Both the position numbers and the translations under genes were made by a program. The notes under the pieces were generated by a model that did no database searches, was not told where the DNA came from, and saw only the letters and a program-made list of their open reading frames with translations. Below are positions 54,733 through 63,858 of a stretch of DNA of 64,000 nt, in pieces. Position 1 is the stretch's first letter, and every line of letters begins with the position of its first letter. The DNA lies in contig JAGCVN010000118.1 of assembly GCA_017962315.1 (NCBI GenBank), forward strand, positions 492 to 64,491, in the 5' to 3' direction. Source of the DNA: Kiritimatiellia bacterium. Its GTDB lineage: Bacteria; Verrucomicrobiota; Kiritimatiellia; RFP12; UBA1067.

Positions 54733-57204
54733 TCAGTTTTCGTCTTCGCCGGACGTGCACGGCGAAATATGCCAGATGTCCTCGGCATACTCGCGGATGG
54801 TACGGTCGGAAGAGAACTTGCCGGAGCGGGCGACGTTCAGAAGCGCCTTGCGATCCCACTCGCGGGTCTTCTTGTAGAGCGCGGAAACCTTATCCTGAAC
54901 CTCGATATAACTCCGAAGATCCGCCAGCAGCATATAGTGGTCGTTCCAGTCCAGCAGACTCTGCACAATGGGCTGGAAGAGATCCGGATGGAGCAGACTG
55001 AACACGTTGTTGCGGATCATGTCGATGGCGCGGCGGATCTCAGGGTCGGACTTGTAGATGTCGCGTGAACAGTAGGACGGACGCAACGCATCGACCTCTT
55101 CGGAATGGAGCCCGAAGATGAAGATGTTTTCGTCGCCGACCTCTTCGCGGATTTCCACGTTCGCGCCGTCGAGCGTGCCGACGGTGATCGCGCCGTTGAG
55201 CATGAGCTTCATGTTGCCCGTGCCGGAAGCCTCCGTGCCGGCGAGCGAAATCTGTTCGCTCACGTCGGCGGCTGGGATGATACGTTCGGCGAGGGAGACG
55301 CGGTAATCGGGCAGGAACACGACCTTGATGCGTCCGCGCACCTTCGGGGTGCTGTTCACGACATCGGCGACACCGTGGATCAAACGGATGATCAGCTTCG
55401 CCATGTGGTAGCCGGGGGCCGCCTTCGCCGCGAAGATGAACGTGCGCGGCACCATGTCGAACGACGGATCGTTGACCAGGCGGTCGTAAAGGATGATGAT
55501 GTACAGCACCAGCAGAAGCTGACGCTTGTACTCATGGAGACGCTTCACCTGGACATCGAAAATCGACGAGGCATCGACCGAAATTCCGAGGGTTTCACGG
55601 ATGTAGGCGGAGAGCGATTCCTTGTTGCGCTGCTTGACGGAATGGAAAGCGCGGAGGAACGCGGGGTCGTCCACATACGCCTCCAGCTTGCGCAGCTCGT
55701 CGAGATCGGTAATCCATCCGGAACCGATTTTGGAGGTAATCAGATTCGAAAGGCCGGGATTCGCCTTCAACAACCAGCGGCGCTGCGTGATACCGTTCGT
55801 CTTGTTCGAGAAGTGATCGGGATACAGTTCGTAGAAATCATGGAAGAGCGAATCCTTTAAAATCTGCGAATGCAACGCGGCGACACCGTTGACCGCGCTC
55901 GAACCGACAATAGCCAGGTTGGCCATGCGGACGTACTTGTCGCCGCTCTCGTCGATAATACTCATGCGAGAGAGACGCGCGATGTCGCCCGGCCATGTGG
56001 CGGCGACCTGCTTGAGGAAACGGGCGTTGATCTCGTAAATGATCTGCATGTGGCGGGGCAGCAACCGCGCGAACATCGGGAGGTTCCACTTCTCCAGCGC
56101 CTCCGGCAGGATGGTGTGGTTCGTGTAGGCGGTGCAGCGGCGGGTAATGTTCCACGCGGTGTCCCAATCCAGATGTTCGCGGTCGATGAGCAGACGCATC
56201 AATTCCGGAATGACCAGCGCGGGATGTGTCTCGTTCAACTGGATAAACGCCTTCTCGGGCAGGATGCGCCAATCGGAATTCGTGCGGCGGAAGCGCGCCA
56301 GCATATCCTGTACGGAACAGGAGACGAAGAAGTATTGCTGACGGAGACGGAGTTCCTTGCCCGCGACCGTGTTGTCGTTCGGGTAAAGGACTTTGGTAAG
56401 GTTCTCGGCAAGGACCTTGCTCTCGACCGCCTCGACGTAAGACCCTTTGTTGAAATCGTCCAGACGGAACTCGTCGTCCGCCTTCGCCGACCAGAGGCGG
56501 AGCGTGTTCACGTTCTGGTTGTACCCGACGATCGGCAGGTCGTAGGGTACGCCCAGCACGTTTTCGGTATCGACCCAGCGCCATTCCGTGCCTTTCTCGC
56601 CCCGGATACATTCGACATGGCCGCCGAACCGGACGGTCTGCGTATACTCTGGACGGCACAGCTCCCAAGGATACCCGTGCTTCAACCAGTTATCGGGTTC
56701 CTCCACCTGCTGCCCTTCGCAGATCCGCTGCTTGAAGATACCGTAATCGTAACGGATGCCGTAACCGAGCGCGGGCAGGTTGAGCGTGGACATGGAATCG
56801 AGGAAACAGGCGGCGAGACGCCCGAGGCCGCCGTTTCCGAGACCCGCGTCGGTCTCGAAGTCGCGCAGCGAATTCCAGTCGATCCCGTAATTCTTCAGAG
56901 CCTCGGCGGCGATATCCTCCATCTTAAGGTTGATCACGTTGTTGCCGAGCAGACGGCCGATGAGGAATTCGAGGGAAAGGTAATAGACCCGCTTGACGTT
57001 GCGGCGGTAGTACGTGGACTGCGTTTCGAGCCAACGTTCAATCAGGCGGTCGCGCACGCAGTGTGCAAACGACGTGTACTGGTCACGCCGCGTCGCCTTC
57101 ACCATGTCCTTCGCCTGGGTATAGCGGACATGCCAGGCGAAGTCCTCCTTCAACCCTTCCACACTCATCTCGACCCGACGGTCGCGCGTCTTCCTGCTAG
57201 CCAT
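54733..57204 (-). CDS. glgP: Glycogen / alpha-glucan phosphorylase
   Basis: EASGTGNMKLMLNGA is the PLP-Lys motif. Full-length GT35 similarity. Confidence 0.92.
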   Translation of the reverse strand: MASRKTRDRRVEMSVEGLKEDFAWHVRYTQAKDMVKATRRDQYTSFAHCVRDRLIERWLETQSTYYRRNVKRVYYLSLEFLIGRLLGNNVINLKMEDIAAEALKNYGIDWNSLRDFETDAGLGNGGLGRLAACFLDSMSTLNLPALGYGIRYDYGIFKQRICEGQQVEEPDNWLKHGYPWELCRPEYTQTVRFGGHVECIRGEKGTEWRWVDTENVLGVPYDLPIVGYNQNVNTLRLWSAKADDEFRLDDFNKGSYVEAVESKVLAENLTKVLYPNDNTVAGKELRLRQQYFFVSCSVQDMLARFRRTNSDWRILPEKAFIQLNETHPALVIPELMRLLIDREHLDWDTAWNITRRCTAYTNHTILPEALEKWNLPMFARLLPRHMQIIYEINARFLKQVAATWPGDIARLSRMSIIDESGDKYVRMANLAIVGSSAVNGVAALHSQILKDSLFHDFYELYPDHFSNKTNGITQRRWLLKANPGLSNLITSKIGSGWITDLDELRKLEAYVDDPAFLRAFHSVKQRNKESLSAYIRETLGISVDASSIFDVQVKRLHEYKRQLLLVLYIIILYDRLVNDPSFDMVPRTFIFAAKAAPGYHMAKLIIRLIHGVADVVNSTPKVRGRIKVVFLPDYRVSLAERIIPAADVSEQISLAGTEASGTGNMKLMLNGAITVGTLDGANVEIREEVGDENIFIFGLHSEEVDALRPSYCSRDIYKSDPEIRRAIDMIRNNVFSLLHPDLFQPIVQSLLDWNDHYMLLADLRSYIEVQDKVSALYKKTREWDRKALLNVARSGKFSSDRTIREYAEDIWHISPCTSGEDEN

Positions 57205-57356
57205 ACAAACCCTTCCAATAAGCACGTTTGAAAAGGGGGTATTGTCTCATTTTTTCAGGATTTGTCACGAAAATCTTTTTCAAAAACAATCGGGCAATCG
57301 GGCGGCTTCATACGGTTCTTGCGCAGAACCGCGCCTATCGTCCTGGTTTTCCTCTT

Positions 57357-58382
57357 TCATGGCCAAGCCTCCCATGATTCGTGTGCATGCACAAGGGCCC
57401 ATTCGATGAGCGCATGGGCACGAATGTACATTTCGCGTTTGTCGAGCTTCGCCGCCTGTGGCGCGTAGGGTGAAAGGTAGAGCATCCTCCCGGCTGCGCA
57501 CAGCCGCTCCTGTTTTTCGGAAGGGTGCCACCGTTCGCCAAAGCCCGTCATCGAGAGCACGATCAGCGCACCGCCTGCTTTGACAATCTCGTTGCCCGCT
57601 TCTTTTTCAAGCGGCGAGAGGAAGGTTGAAAGCCCCGCGCCGCCCGGACCGATGCGCGAAGCCGCCAAACGAAGCGCAGCGGCGTCAAAACGTTGTTTAC
57701 CGTCGCCCGCATCTACGGGCGGCAATGCCCTCCTGTGCCCTTTCAGCGCCACAATTACGGGCAGCGCAAGCAACGCCTCGTTACCGTATGCCCAATAAAG
57801 CGCACCGCAAAAGGTTATCTGCCGCGCCCGCGTGAAATACCGGCGGTTCGCGCAACGGCGCGCGTGGCGCAGCGGGTTTTCGAGAATATACGTGCGAAAG
57901 GTCGCGAGCTGCCCCTGCTTTTTCACGATCCAATCGTGCCACTCGGAGTCGATGACGGGGGGCGCGGACAGACTGTTCGTATAGTCATCCGCGTCTGCGG
58001 GCGACACAACCGCCCAATACGCCCTGTTGAGCCGCTTCCTGAGATCGCCCACCACCACCGCCAGCGAAACCGCTTTTTCTACGGCGGCCAGCTTGACGAG
58101 CAGATGCAGATGGTCAGGCATAATCACATGAGGCGAAACGCTTTCCTCCGAGCGCCAGAAAGCCGCCCATTCGCGAATCACCGCCTCGAACGCTTCAGTT
58201 ATCGCATTGGCCACAACTTCACCCGTTTCGGAAATAATACAAAACGGCGGGGTTTGCAGTTGTCCGAACCCGTGGACAACATCCCGGCCCGCAGACGCGG
58301 GCGGTTGCAATACCCGCACCCGTTTCAGCGTAACCATGTAAAAAAACGGTCTCTTGTAATCAAAATCCGGCAGTCTGCCCAT
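57357..58382 (-). CDS. HUH / Y1 transposase-like (IS200/RAYT-type, COG1943-like) domain fused to a C-terminal domain of about 170 aa
   Basis: FYMVTLKR, the HUH motif MPDHLHLLVKL, and WHDWIV...FRTYILENPLRHA. The C-terminal LSPLEKEAGNEIVKAGGALIVLSMTGFGERWHPSEKQERLCAAGRMLYLSPY weakly recalls DprA/SLOG Rossmann domains. Start is 58382 or 58424. Confidence 0.65.
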   Translation of the reverse strand: MGRLPDFDYKRPFFYMVTLKRVRVLQPPASAGRDVVHGFGQLQTPPFCIISETGEVVANAITEAFEAVIREWAAFWRSEESVSPHVIMPDHLHLLVKLAAVEKAVSLAVVVGDLRKRLNRAYWAVVSPADADDYTNSLSAPPVIDSEWHDWIVKKQGQLATFRTYILENPLRHARRCANRRYFTRARQITFCGALYWAYGNEALLALPVIVALKGHRRALPPVDAGDGKQRFDAAALRLAASRIGPGGAGLSTFLSPLEKEAGNEIVKAGGALIVLSMTGFGERWHPSEKQERLCAAGRMLYLSPYAPQAAKLDKREMYIRAHALIEWALVHAHESWEAWP

Positions 58383-58428
58383 CACGCCCCCTTCGGCTTT
58401 ACACGCCGCCGTGGTAGGTTCCATAACC

Positions 58429-58511
58429 GCCCGCGTCTGCAGCCCGGGTTTTGCAGTTGCCCGCGTCTGCGGGCCGGGTTTTGCAGTTGCCCGCGTCTGC
58501 GGGCAACATCC
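58429..58511. repeat. Tandem array (period 30 nt, about 2.7 units) of REP-like palindromes gcccgcgtctgcgggc + cgggttttgcagtt
   Basis: Palindrome copies start at 58429 (imperfect), 58459 and 58489. Degenerate or inverted copies lie inside the adjacent CDS at 58250-58284 and 58287-58302. Confidence 0.85.
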
Positions 58512-58523
58512 CCCTCCTCATCG

Positions 58524-59879
58524 CTATTTCGCGGTGGCTTTGGCTTTGGCGGCAGCCATTTCGGCGCGGATCACGCCTTTCGCCCGGCGGAAATGCTGGA
58601 CGAGGGGACGGTGCGCCGGACAGACGTAGGCGCACGAACCGCACTCGATGCAGTCCATCAGGTTCGCCTTTTTCGCGCCTTCAATGTCGTCCGCTTCGAT
58701 GAACTGGCTCATCGCCGAGGGGATCAACCGCATCGGGCAGGCGTCCACGCAACGCCCGCAGGAGATGCAGGCCTGCGACGTAAAGAAAGAAATGTCACGC
58801 CGCGTCAGGCAGGTGATGCCGGAGGTCGTCTTTCCCGTCGGAACGTCAAGGTTCGTCACCGCGAACCCCATCATCGGCCCACCAGAGACGACTTTTGCCG
58901 CCGGCTCGCGGAAACCGCCCGCCGCCTCAATGAGCGTCCGGTAGGCAGTCCCGAACGGAACGAGGAAATTGCCGGGCGAGGACACGGCTCCGCCCGTCAC
59001 CGTTACCACGCGCCGCGTCAAGGGGATCCCCTTGACCACCGCCTCGTAGACGGCGTTGACCGTGCTGACGTTCTCGACCACACACCCCGTGTCCATCGGA
59101 AGGCCGCCTCGCGGCACCTGGCGTCCCGTCACGGAGAAAATCTGCTGCTTTTCCGAACCCTGCGGATATTGCGTCGGAAGTTTGACCAGTGCGAAGTCAC
59201 CCTCCGCGTCGCGGCAAGCCTCCTCCATCGCGGAGATGGCGTCGGGTTTGTTGTCCTCGATCGCGATGCGCACGCACGGCGTACCGAGGATACGGCGGAT
59301 AATCTCCGCTCCTTCGCGGATCTGGCGCGCACATTCGAGCATCACCCGGTGGTCGCTCGTCAGGTAGGGTTCGCACTCCGCGCCGTTCAAAATCACGGTG
59401 TCGATCGGCTTGTTCGCCGGGGGCGACAGTTTCACCTTCGTGGGGAAACCCGCGCCGCCCATTCCGACGATTCCCGCCTCGCCGACGCGGGCCAGCAGGT
59501 CGCCCGGAGCCGCGTTGCGCCAATCAGGGATCGCGGCGAACGGCACCGCCTCCGCTTCGGGATCCGTCTCGATCACGACCGACGCACACCGTGCGCCCGA
59601 AGCGTTTTGCGTGACGCCGATTTCAACCACCTTCCCGCCTTCCGGCGCATAGACCGGCGAGGAAATGAAACCGCCCGCCTCGGCGACCAGCTGGTATTTC
59701 TTGACGACATCGCCGACTTTGACGACCGGTTTCGCCGGCGCACCGAGATGCTGCGACATCGGAATCACGAGCTTTGCGGGAACGGGAATCTCCCGCACGG
59801 GCACGCCCGCCGCAAGCTCCTTGCGGTAACAGGGATGGATGCCGCCCTTGAAGTGAAACACCTTGGAAAGAATCTTCAT
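58524..59879 (-). CDS. rnfC: Rnf/Rsx electron-transport complex subunit C
   Basis: FKGGIHP, GMGGAGFPT, and two 4Fe-4S motifs (CISCGRCVDACP, CIECGSCAYVCP). Confidence 0.88.
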   Translation of the reverse strand: MKILSKVFHFKGGIHPCYRKELAAGVPVREIPVPAKLVIPMSQHLGAPAKPVVKVGDVVKKYQLVAEAGGFISSPVYAPEGGKVVEIGVTQNASGARCASVVIETDPEAEAVPFAAIPDWRNAAPGDLLARVGEAGIVGMGGAGFPTKVKLSPPANKPIDTVILNGAECEPYLTSDHRVMLECARQIREGAEIIRRILGTPCVRIAIEDNKPDAISAMEEACRDAEGDFALVKLPTQYPQGSEKQQIFSVTGRQVPRGGLPMDTGCVVENVSTVNAVYEAVVKGIPLTRRVVTVTGGAVSSPGNFLVPFGTAYRTLIEAAGGFREPAAKVVSGGPMMGFAVTNLDVPTGKTTSGITCLTRRDISFFTSQACISCGRCVDACPMRLIPSAMSQFIEADDIEGAKKANLMDCIECGSCAYVCPAHRPLVQHFRRAKGVIRAEMAAAKAKATAK

Positions 59880-59894
59880 GTCACATCCCCCTTC

Positions 59895-60695
59895 TCACGC
59901 ACCCGCGGCGTCGCGGCCAATGCAGTGCCCCGGACATTTATCTACGACGGCGGGATTCTTGACGGGCTGCGTGTAATCCCGGACGGCGAGAAAACCCTTC
60001 ATCACGAACGCGCCGGGGGAAAGTTTCGTGCAGACGGTGCAGCCGAGACACCCCTTGCCGCAGACCTTCTTGACGGCGGGGCCCTTGTCCTGCGAGCCAC
60101 AGAAAACATGCACATCCTCGGAAGCAGGGACAAGCTCGATCAAGCGGCGGGGGCAGGCAGCGACGCATTTGCCGCAACCGATGCACCGCTCCTTGTCCAC
60201 GACGGCAATCCCCTCCCGCAGGGAAATCGCCTGGACGGGGCATTGCCGCGCGCACGTCCCGAGACCGAGGCAACCGAATGCGCATCCTTTGTCGCCGCCC
60301 GCCGTCGCGTGATCCGCCGAGCAGTCGGCGATCCCGTTGTAGGCGGAACGCCGGACCGCCTCGCCGCAATTTCCCCGGCAGTGGACGACGGCGACACGGC
60401 GCTCCCGCGCCTCCCCCGCCTCGATACCGAGCAGGGCCGCGATCTGCGCCTCCGCCGCCGATCCGCCCACGGAGCAAAGGTTCGGCGCGGCGGCGCCGGA
60501 GACGATCGCCCTGGCGTAGTCCGCGCATCCGGCAAACCCGCATCCGCCGCAATTCGCCCCTGGGAGCGCCTTTGCGATCTCGCCGATGCGGGGATCCTCC
60601 CGGACGCTGATGAATTTGTCCGCGAGCGCGAGCGCACCGGCCGCGACAAGCCCGATCCCGCCTACACAGAGCGTCGCCGTCAAAATGGGATCCAC
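59895..60695 (-). CDS. rnfB: Rnf/Rsx electron-transport complex subunit B
   Basis: N-terminal TM helix, LPGANCGGCGFAGCADYA, and multiple ferredoxin CxxCxxCxxxCP motifs. Confidence 0.88.
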   Translation of the reverse strand: MDPILTATLCVGGIGLVAAGALALADKFISVREDPRIGEIAKALPGANCGGCGFAGCADYARAIVSGAAAPNLCSVGGSAAEAQIAALLGIEAGEARERRVAVVHCRGNCGEAVRRSAYNGIADCSADHATAGGDKGCAFGCLGLGTCARQCPVQAISLREGIAVVDKERCIGCGKCVAACPRRLIELVPASEDVHVFCGSQDKGPAVKKVCGKGCLGCTVCTKLSPGAFVMKGFLAVRDYTQPVKNPAVVDKCPGHCIGRDAAGA

Positions 60696-60706
60696 TGCGT
60701 TCCTCC

Positions 60707-61285
60707 TTACTTGACCAGGCCGTTAAAACCCATGAACGCGAGCGAAAGCAGCCCGGCCGTCACCAGCGAAACCGCGATCCCCTTAAACGCGCGCGGCGGC
60801 GCTGCAAGCAGGATCCGTTCGCGCAGCCCCGTGAAAATCACCAGCGCGAGCCCGAAGCCGACGGCAGCGGAAAAGCCGAACACCACCGATTTCAGGAAAC
60901 CGTAGTTCAACTGCACGTTGAGGAGCGCGACGCCAAGAACGGCACAGTTCGTCGTGATTAGCGGCAGGAAGATCCCGAGGGCCGCGTGGAGCGAGGGCGC
61001 GTAACGCTTCATCACGATATCGATGAACTGCACCAGCGAGGCGATCACGAGGATGAACGCCAACGTCTCCAGATATTTCAATCCGAGCGGGATCAGCACG
61101 AAGTGGTCGAGACACCAGGCGACGGCGGACGAAATGGTCATCACGAAAACGACGGCGCCCGACATCCCCAGCGCGGTGTCGAGATTTTTGGAAACGCCGA
61201 GGAACGGACAACATCCCAAGAAGCGGCTCAGGACGAAATTGTTCACCAACACCGCGCTGACGATCAGCAACAGGTACTCCACCAT
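60707..61285 (-). CDS. rnfA: Rnf/Rsx electron-transport complex subunit A
   Basis: [19 protein letters not shown], and six TM helices. Confidence 0.88.
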   Translation of the reverse strand: MVEYLLLIVSAVLVNNFVLSRFLGCCPFLGVSKNLDTALGMSGAVVFVMTISSAVAWCLDHFVLIPLGLKYLETLAFILVIASLVQFIDIVMKRYAPSLHAALGIFLPLITTNCAVLGVALLNVQLNYGFLKSVVFGFSAAVGFGLALVIFTGLRERILLAAPPRAFKGIAVSLVTAGLLSLAFMGFNGLVK

Positions 61286-61336
61286 GTTCCCCTCCTCATC
61301 GAAAACACCGTCACCGGGCGGCGTTGACCTGGACGG

Positions 61337-61558
61337 CTACGACTTGTGACGGTAAATGATGCGGCCTTTGGTCAGGTCGTACGGCGAGATCTGCAGCGTC
61401 ACCGTATCCCCGCAGGCGATCTTGATAAAGAACTTGCGCATCTTCCCCGAAATGTGCGCCAAAACCTCATGCCCGTTCTCCAGACGCACCGTGTACATCG
61501 TGGCGGGCAGGACCTTGACGACCGTGCCGATCACTTCGATTTCTTCTTCGCTAGCCAT
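61337..61558 (-). CDS. infA: Translation initiation factor IF-1
   Basis: 73 aa; [36 protein letters not shown]...Y is an S1-like OB fold. Confidence 0.92.
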   Translation of the reverse strand: MASEEEIEVIGTVVKVLPATMYTVRLENGHEVLAHISGKMRKFFIKIACGDTVTLQISPYDLTKGRIIYRHKS

Positions 61559-61664
61559 AGAACTCCATTCTTGCTGTTGCCCCGCCGCCCGGATGCCCTC
61601 CGGGGGTGTAGGGAAAACGACGCTATCCTACCATGAATACCCCGCCTTTGCAAGCATTAGTAAT

Positions 61665-61692
61665 TTTACCCGGTTAGAAAGCACGGTATAAT
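61665..61692 (+). promoter_or_regulatory. Sigma70-like promoter TTTACC-16 nt-TATAAT
   Basis: -35 at 61665-61670 and -10 at 61687-61692, about 60 nt upstream of ATG 61754. Confidence 0.4.
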
Positions 61693-61753
61693 CGGGGGCA
61701 CGGTTTGAAACGTGCCGGGTTACGTGTTCTCACGTGAACCGAGGAAAATATGC

Positions 61754-62058
61754 ATGAACCGTTGGCTGATCCTTCTGGCCGTCGTATCTGCCGTTTCGTC
61801 TGCCCCGGCCGACACTGCGACCGCATCGAAAGAAAACACAAAGCTTCCGGCGAGACAATGCCCGGCGATGACGCAGTCAGGAAACCGCTGCAAGCGGAGG
61901 ACCCGCCCGGCGAACGCTACTGCCGCCAGCACGCGACCTCCACCGCCCCTTCCAAACCGCTCGCCCGCTGCCGGTCGATGACCCCGGAAGGGATGCAGTG
62001 CGCGGAAAAATCGGCTGAAGGCAAACAGTATTGCCAGAAGCACTTGAAGAAAGAATAG
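61754..62058 (+). pseudogene. Small secreted Cys-repeat protein, apparently frameshifted near 61905
   Basis: Frame A gives a signal peptide MNRWLILLAVVSAVSSA and QCPAMTQSGNRCKRRTRP. Frame B continues GERYCRQH...RCRSMTPEGMQCAEKSAEGKQYCQKH. The C-x4-T-x2-G-x2-C-x(6-7)-G-x2-YC-x2-H unit is complete only if the frames are joined. Confidence 0.4.
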
Positions 62059-62106
62059 CCCGCCGCCCAGACTTCGTACAGGAATGTACATGAGTGTAAC
62101 GTGGAC

Positions 62107-62207
62107 ATTGTTCACAAATCGCAAGTGTCACAATTGTTCACAAATCACAAATTGCAAGTGTCCCCGATATTTGTGGCAATGATGGCATTTGTGAACAATC
62201 AAGTTAT
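62107..62207. repeat. MITE-like element: two direct attgttcacaaat sub-repeats plus one inverted copy
   Basis: attgttcacaaat at 62107-62119 and 62133-62145, and the inverted atttgtgaacaat at 62187-62199. Segment 62170-62207 is the exact reverse complement of 35910-35947. It lies between convergent gene ends. Confidence 0.8.
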
Positions 62208-62240
62208 GGGCAAGCGGATGAATGCCGCCGCCGAAAACGG

Positions 62241-63185
62241 TCAGCCCAGACGGACGCGGGGATCCAGCCAGGCGTAACCGAGATCGGTGACCAGCTGCAC
62301 CGCCTGGTACAGAAGCGCACCCAGCACGACCACCGCCCGCACCACGGCCATATCCGAGGAATGGATGGCGTTGATGCTGACGTTGCCTAATCCGGGAATA
62401 CCGAAGAAGGTCTCCAGCAACAGCGACCCCGTAAACAGGAACGGGATCGAGAGGCTGACGTAGGTGAGGATCGGGATCAAGCTATTCCGCAGGACGTGGA
62501 CGGTCATCACCCGCCACCCCGCCAGCCCCTTCGCCAGCGCGGTGCGGACGTAGGGTTTATACGTCTCGTCGAGAATCACCGCCCGGAAGAAACGGACGTC
62601 GCGCCCCAGTCCGCTGAAAATCCCGATGCACACGGGGAGGACGAGGTACACGGCCGAACCGAACCCCCAGATGGGAAAGAGGTGGAGCTTGAACGCGAGC
62701 AGGAACTGTCCCGCCAGCACCCAGACCACATAGTTGACGCTCATCAGGATCGTGGAGAACACCAAGACGGCCTTGTCCCACTTGCCCCCGCGCCAGGCGG
62801 CGCACAACAGGGCGAGCGAAACGCCGATGAGCGTCCCGCCGATCAACATCGGAACGGTAAGCATCAGCGAAGGCCCGGCCCCCTCGCGCAAGACATCCGC
62901 AACCGGACACTGGTGTTCCGTCGAAACGCCGAGGTCTCCCTTCGACAGCGAACGCACGTAGTTGAAAAACTGCGAATCGAAAAACGAGGACTTGCCGATG
63001 AAAAGCGGCTTGTCGTAGCCGTATTTCGCATCGAACGCGGCAATCGCCTCCGCCGTCGCATTCTTCCCTAGCACGACCTGCGCGGGAGAACCGCCCACCA
63101 CGTTGAAGAGGAGGAACGTGAGCAGGAGAATCCCGATCGTTGTCGGGACCGCCTCCAGAAGCCTACGAATGACGTACCGCTTCAT
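62241..63185 (-). CDS. Oligopeptide/dipeptide-type ABC transporter permease (OppB/DppB-like)
   Basis: N-terminus MKRYVIRRLLEAVPTTIGILLLTFLLF, six TM helices, and the EAA-loop region YVRTALAKGL. Confidence 0.85.
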   Translation of the reverse strand: MKRYVIRRLLEAVPTTIGILLLTFLLFNVVGGSPAQVVLGKNATAEAIAAFDAKYGYDKPLFIGKSSFFDSQFFNYVRSLSKGDLGVSTEHQCPVADVLREGAGPSLMLTVPMLIGGTLIGVSLALLCAAWRGGKWDKAVLVFSTILMSVNYVVWVLAGQFLLAFKLHLFPIWGFGSAVYLVLPVCIGIFSGLGRDVRFFRAVILDETYKPYVRTALAKGLAGWRVMTVHVLRNSLIPILTYVSLSIPFLFTGSLLLETFFGIPGLGNVSINAIHSSDMAVVRAVVVLGALLYQAVQLVTDLGYAWLDPRVRLG

Positions 63186-63191
63186 ACCGGA

Positions 63192-63803
63192 TCAGGAACC
63201 GGGATGGACCGGCTTAGACCCGGCTTTGCACATCGGGCACTCGTCGGCGGTCCACGTTTCGGGCGTCATCTGCATGAGCGAGAACATCGGGACACGCCCG
63301 AACTTCACCTTGCCCGCCGAACGATCGACGAGGACGACAACGCCCGCGACGCTGCCGCCGGCCGCCTTCACAAGGTCAATCGTCTCCTGGACGCGCCCAC
63401 CTTTCGTCACGACATCCTCGGCGACGACGTAACGTTCCCCCTTCTTGATGGAGAACCGGCGGAGCGCAAGGACGGTGTTGGGTTTGCCGGAGGCGTCCGT
63501 ACCCTCGCCCTGCACCTTCTCCGCAAAGATGCACTTGACGCCCAGCTCGCGCGCGACCTCGTGCCCGACGAGGATTCCGCCGACCGCCGGGGAGATCACC
63601 CCGTCGATGCGTTTCCCGAGTTTGCCGCTCTTCACCACCTCGCGCGTCACGGCGCGGCAGAGCTTCTCGGCGATACGCGGATACCGCAACACGTTGGCAC
63701 ACTGAAAGTACCGGTTGGAGTGCAGTTTCGAGCGGAGTTCAAAGTGTCCCTCCAGCAGGGCCCCCGTCTCACCCATAATCTGCAAGATCTGTCGTTCGGT
63801 CAT
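63192..63803 (-). CDS. pyrE: Orotate phosphoribosyltransferase
   Basis: GHFELRSKLHSNRYFQC and the PRPP motif YVVAEDVVTKGGRV. Confidence 0.88.
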   Translation of the reverse strand: MTERQILQIMGETGALLEGHFELRSKLHSNRYFQCANVLRYPRIAEKLCRAVTREVVKSGKLGKRIDGVISPAVGGILVGHEVARELGVKCIFAEKVQGEGTDASGKPNTVLALRRFSIKKGERYVVAEDVVTKGGRVQETIDLVKAAGGSVAGVVVLVDRSAGKVKFGRVPMFSLMQMTPETWTADECPMCKAGSKPVHPGS

Positions 63804-63858
63804 GATTCCATCCTTTGTTTGAAAAACAGGGGTAGTCTACCACACATTCCCGCCCTTG

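Noticed and set aside
58429-58511. Possible mini CRISPR array (30-nt periodic palindromic repeats)
   Set aside because: The units abut each other with no unique spacers. There are only about 2.7 units and no cas genes. The palindrome and context fit REP/RAYT instead.
57693-60905. 1070-aa plus-strand ORF
   Set aside because: It is antisense to the RAYT-like gene, rnfC and rnfB. It is Arg-rich with no recognisable domain.
62107-62207. Tn7-like or IS transposon end (sub-terminal repeated binding sites)
   Set aside because: No transposase, TnsABC-like genes or target-site duplication are visible. The interval between the two inverted copies contains essential genes (lysS, murE, infA). I report it only as a MITE-like repeat.
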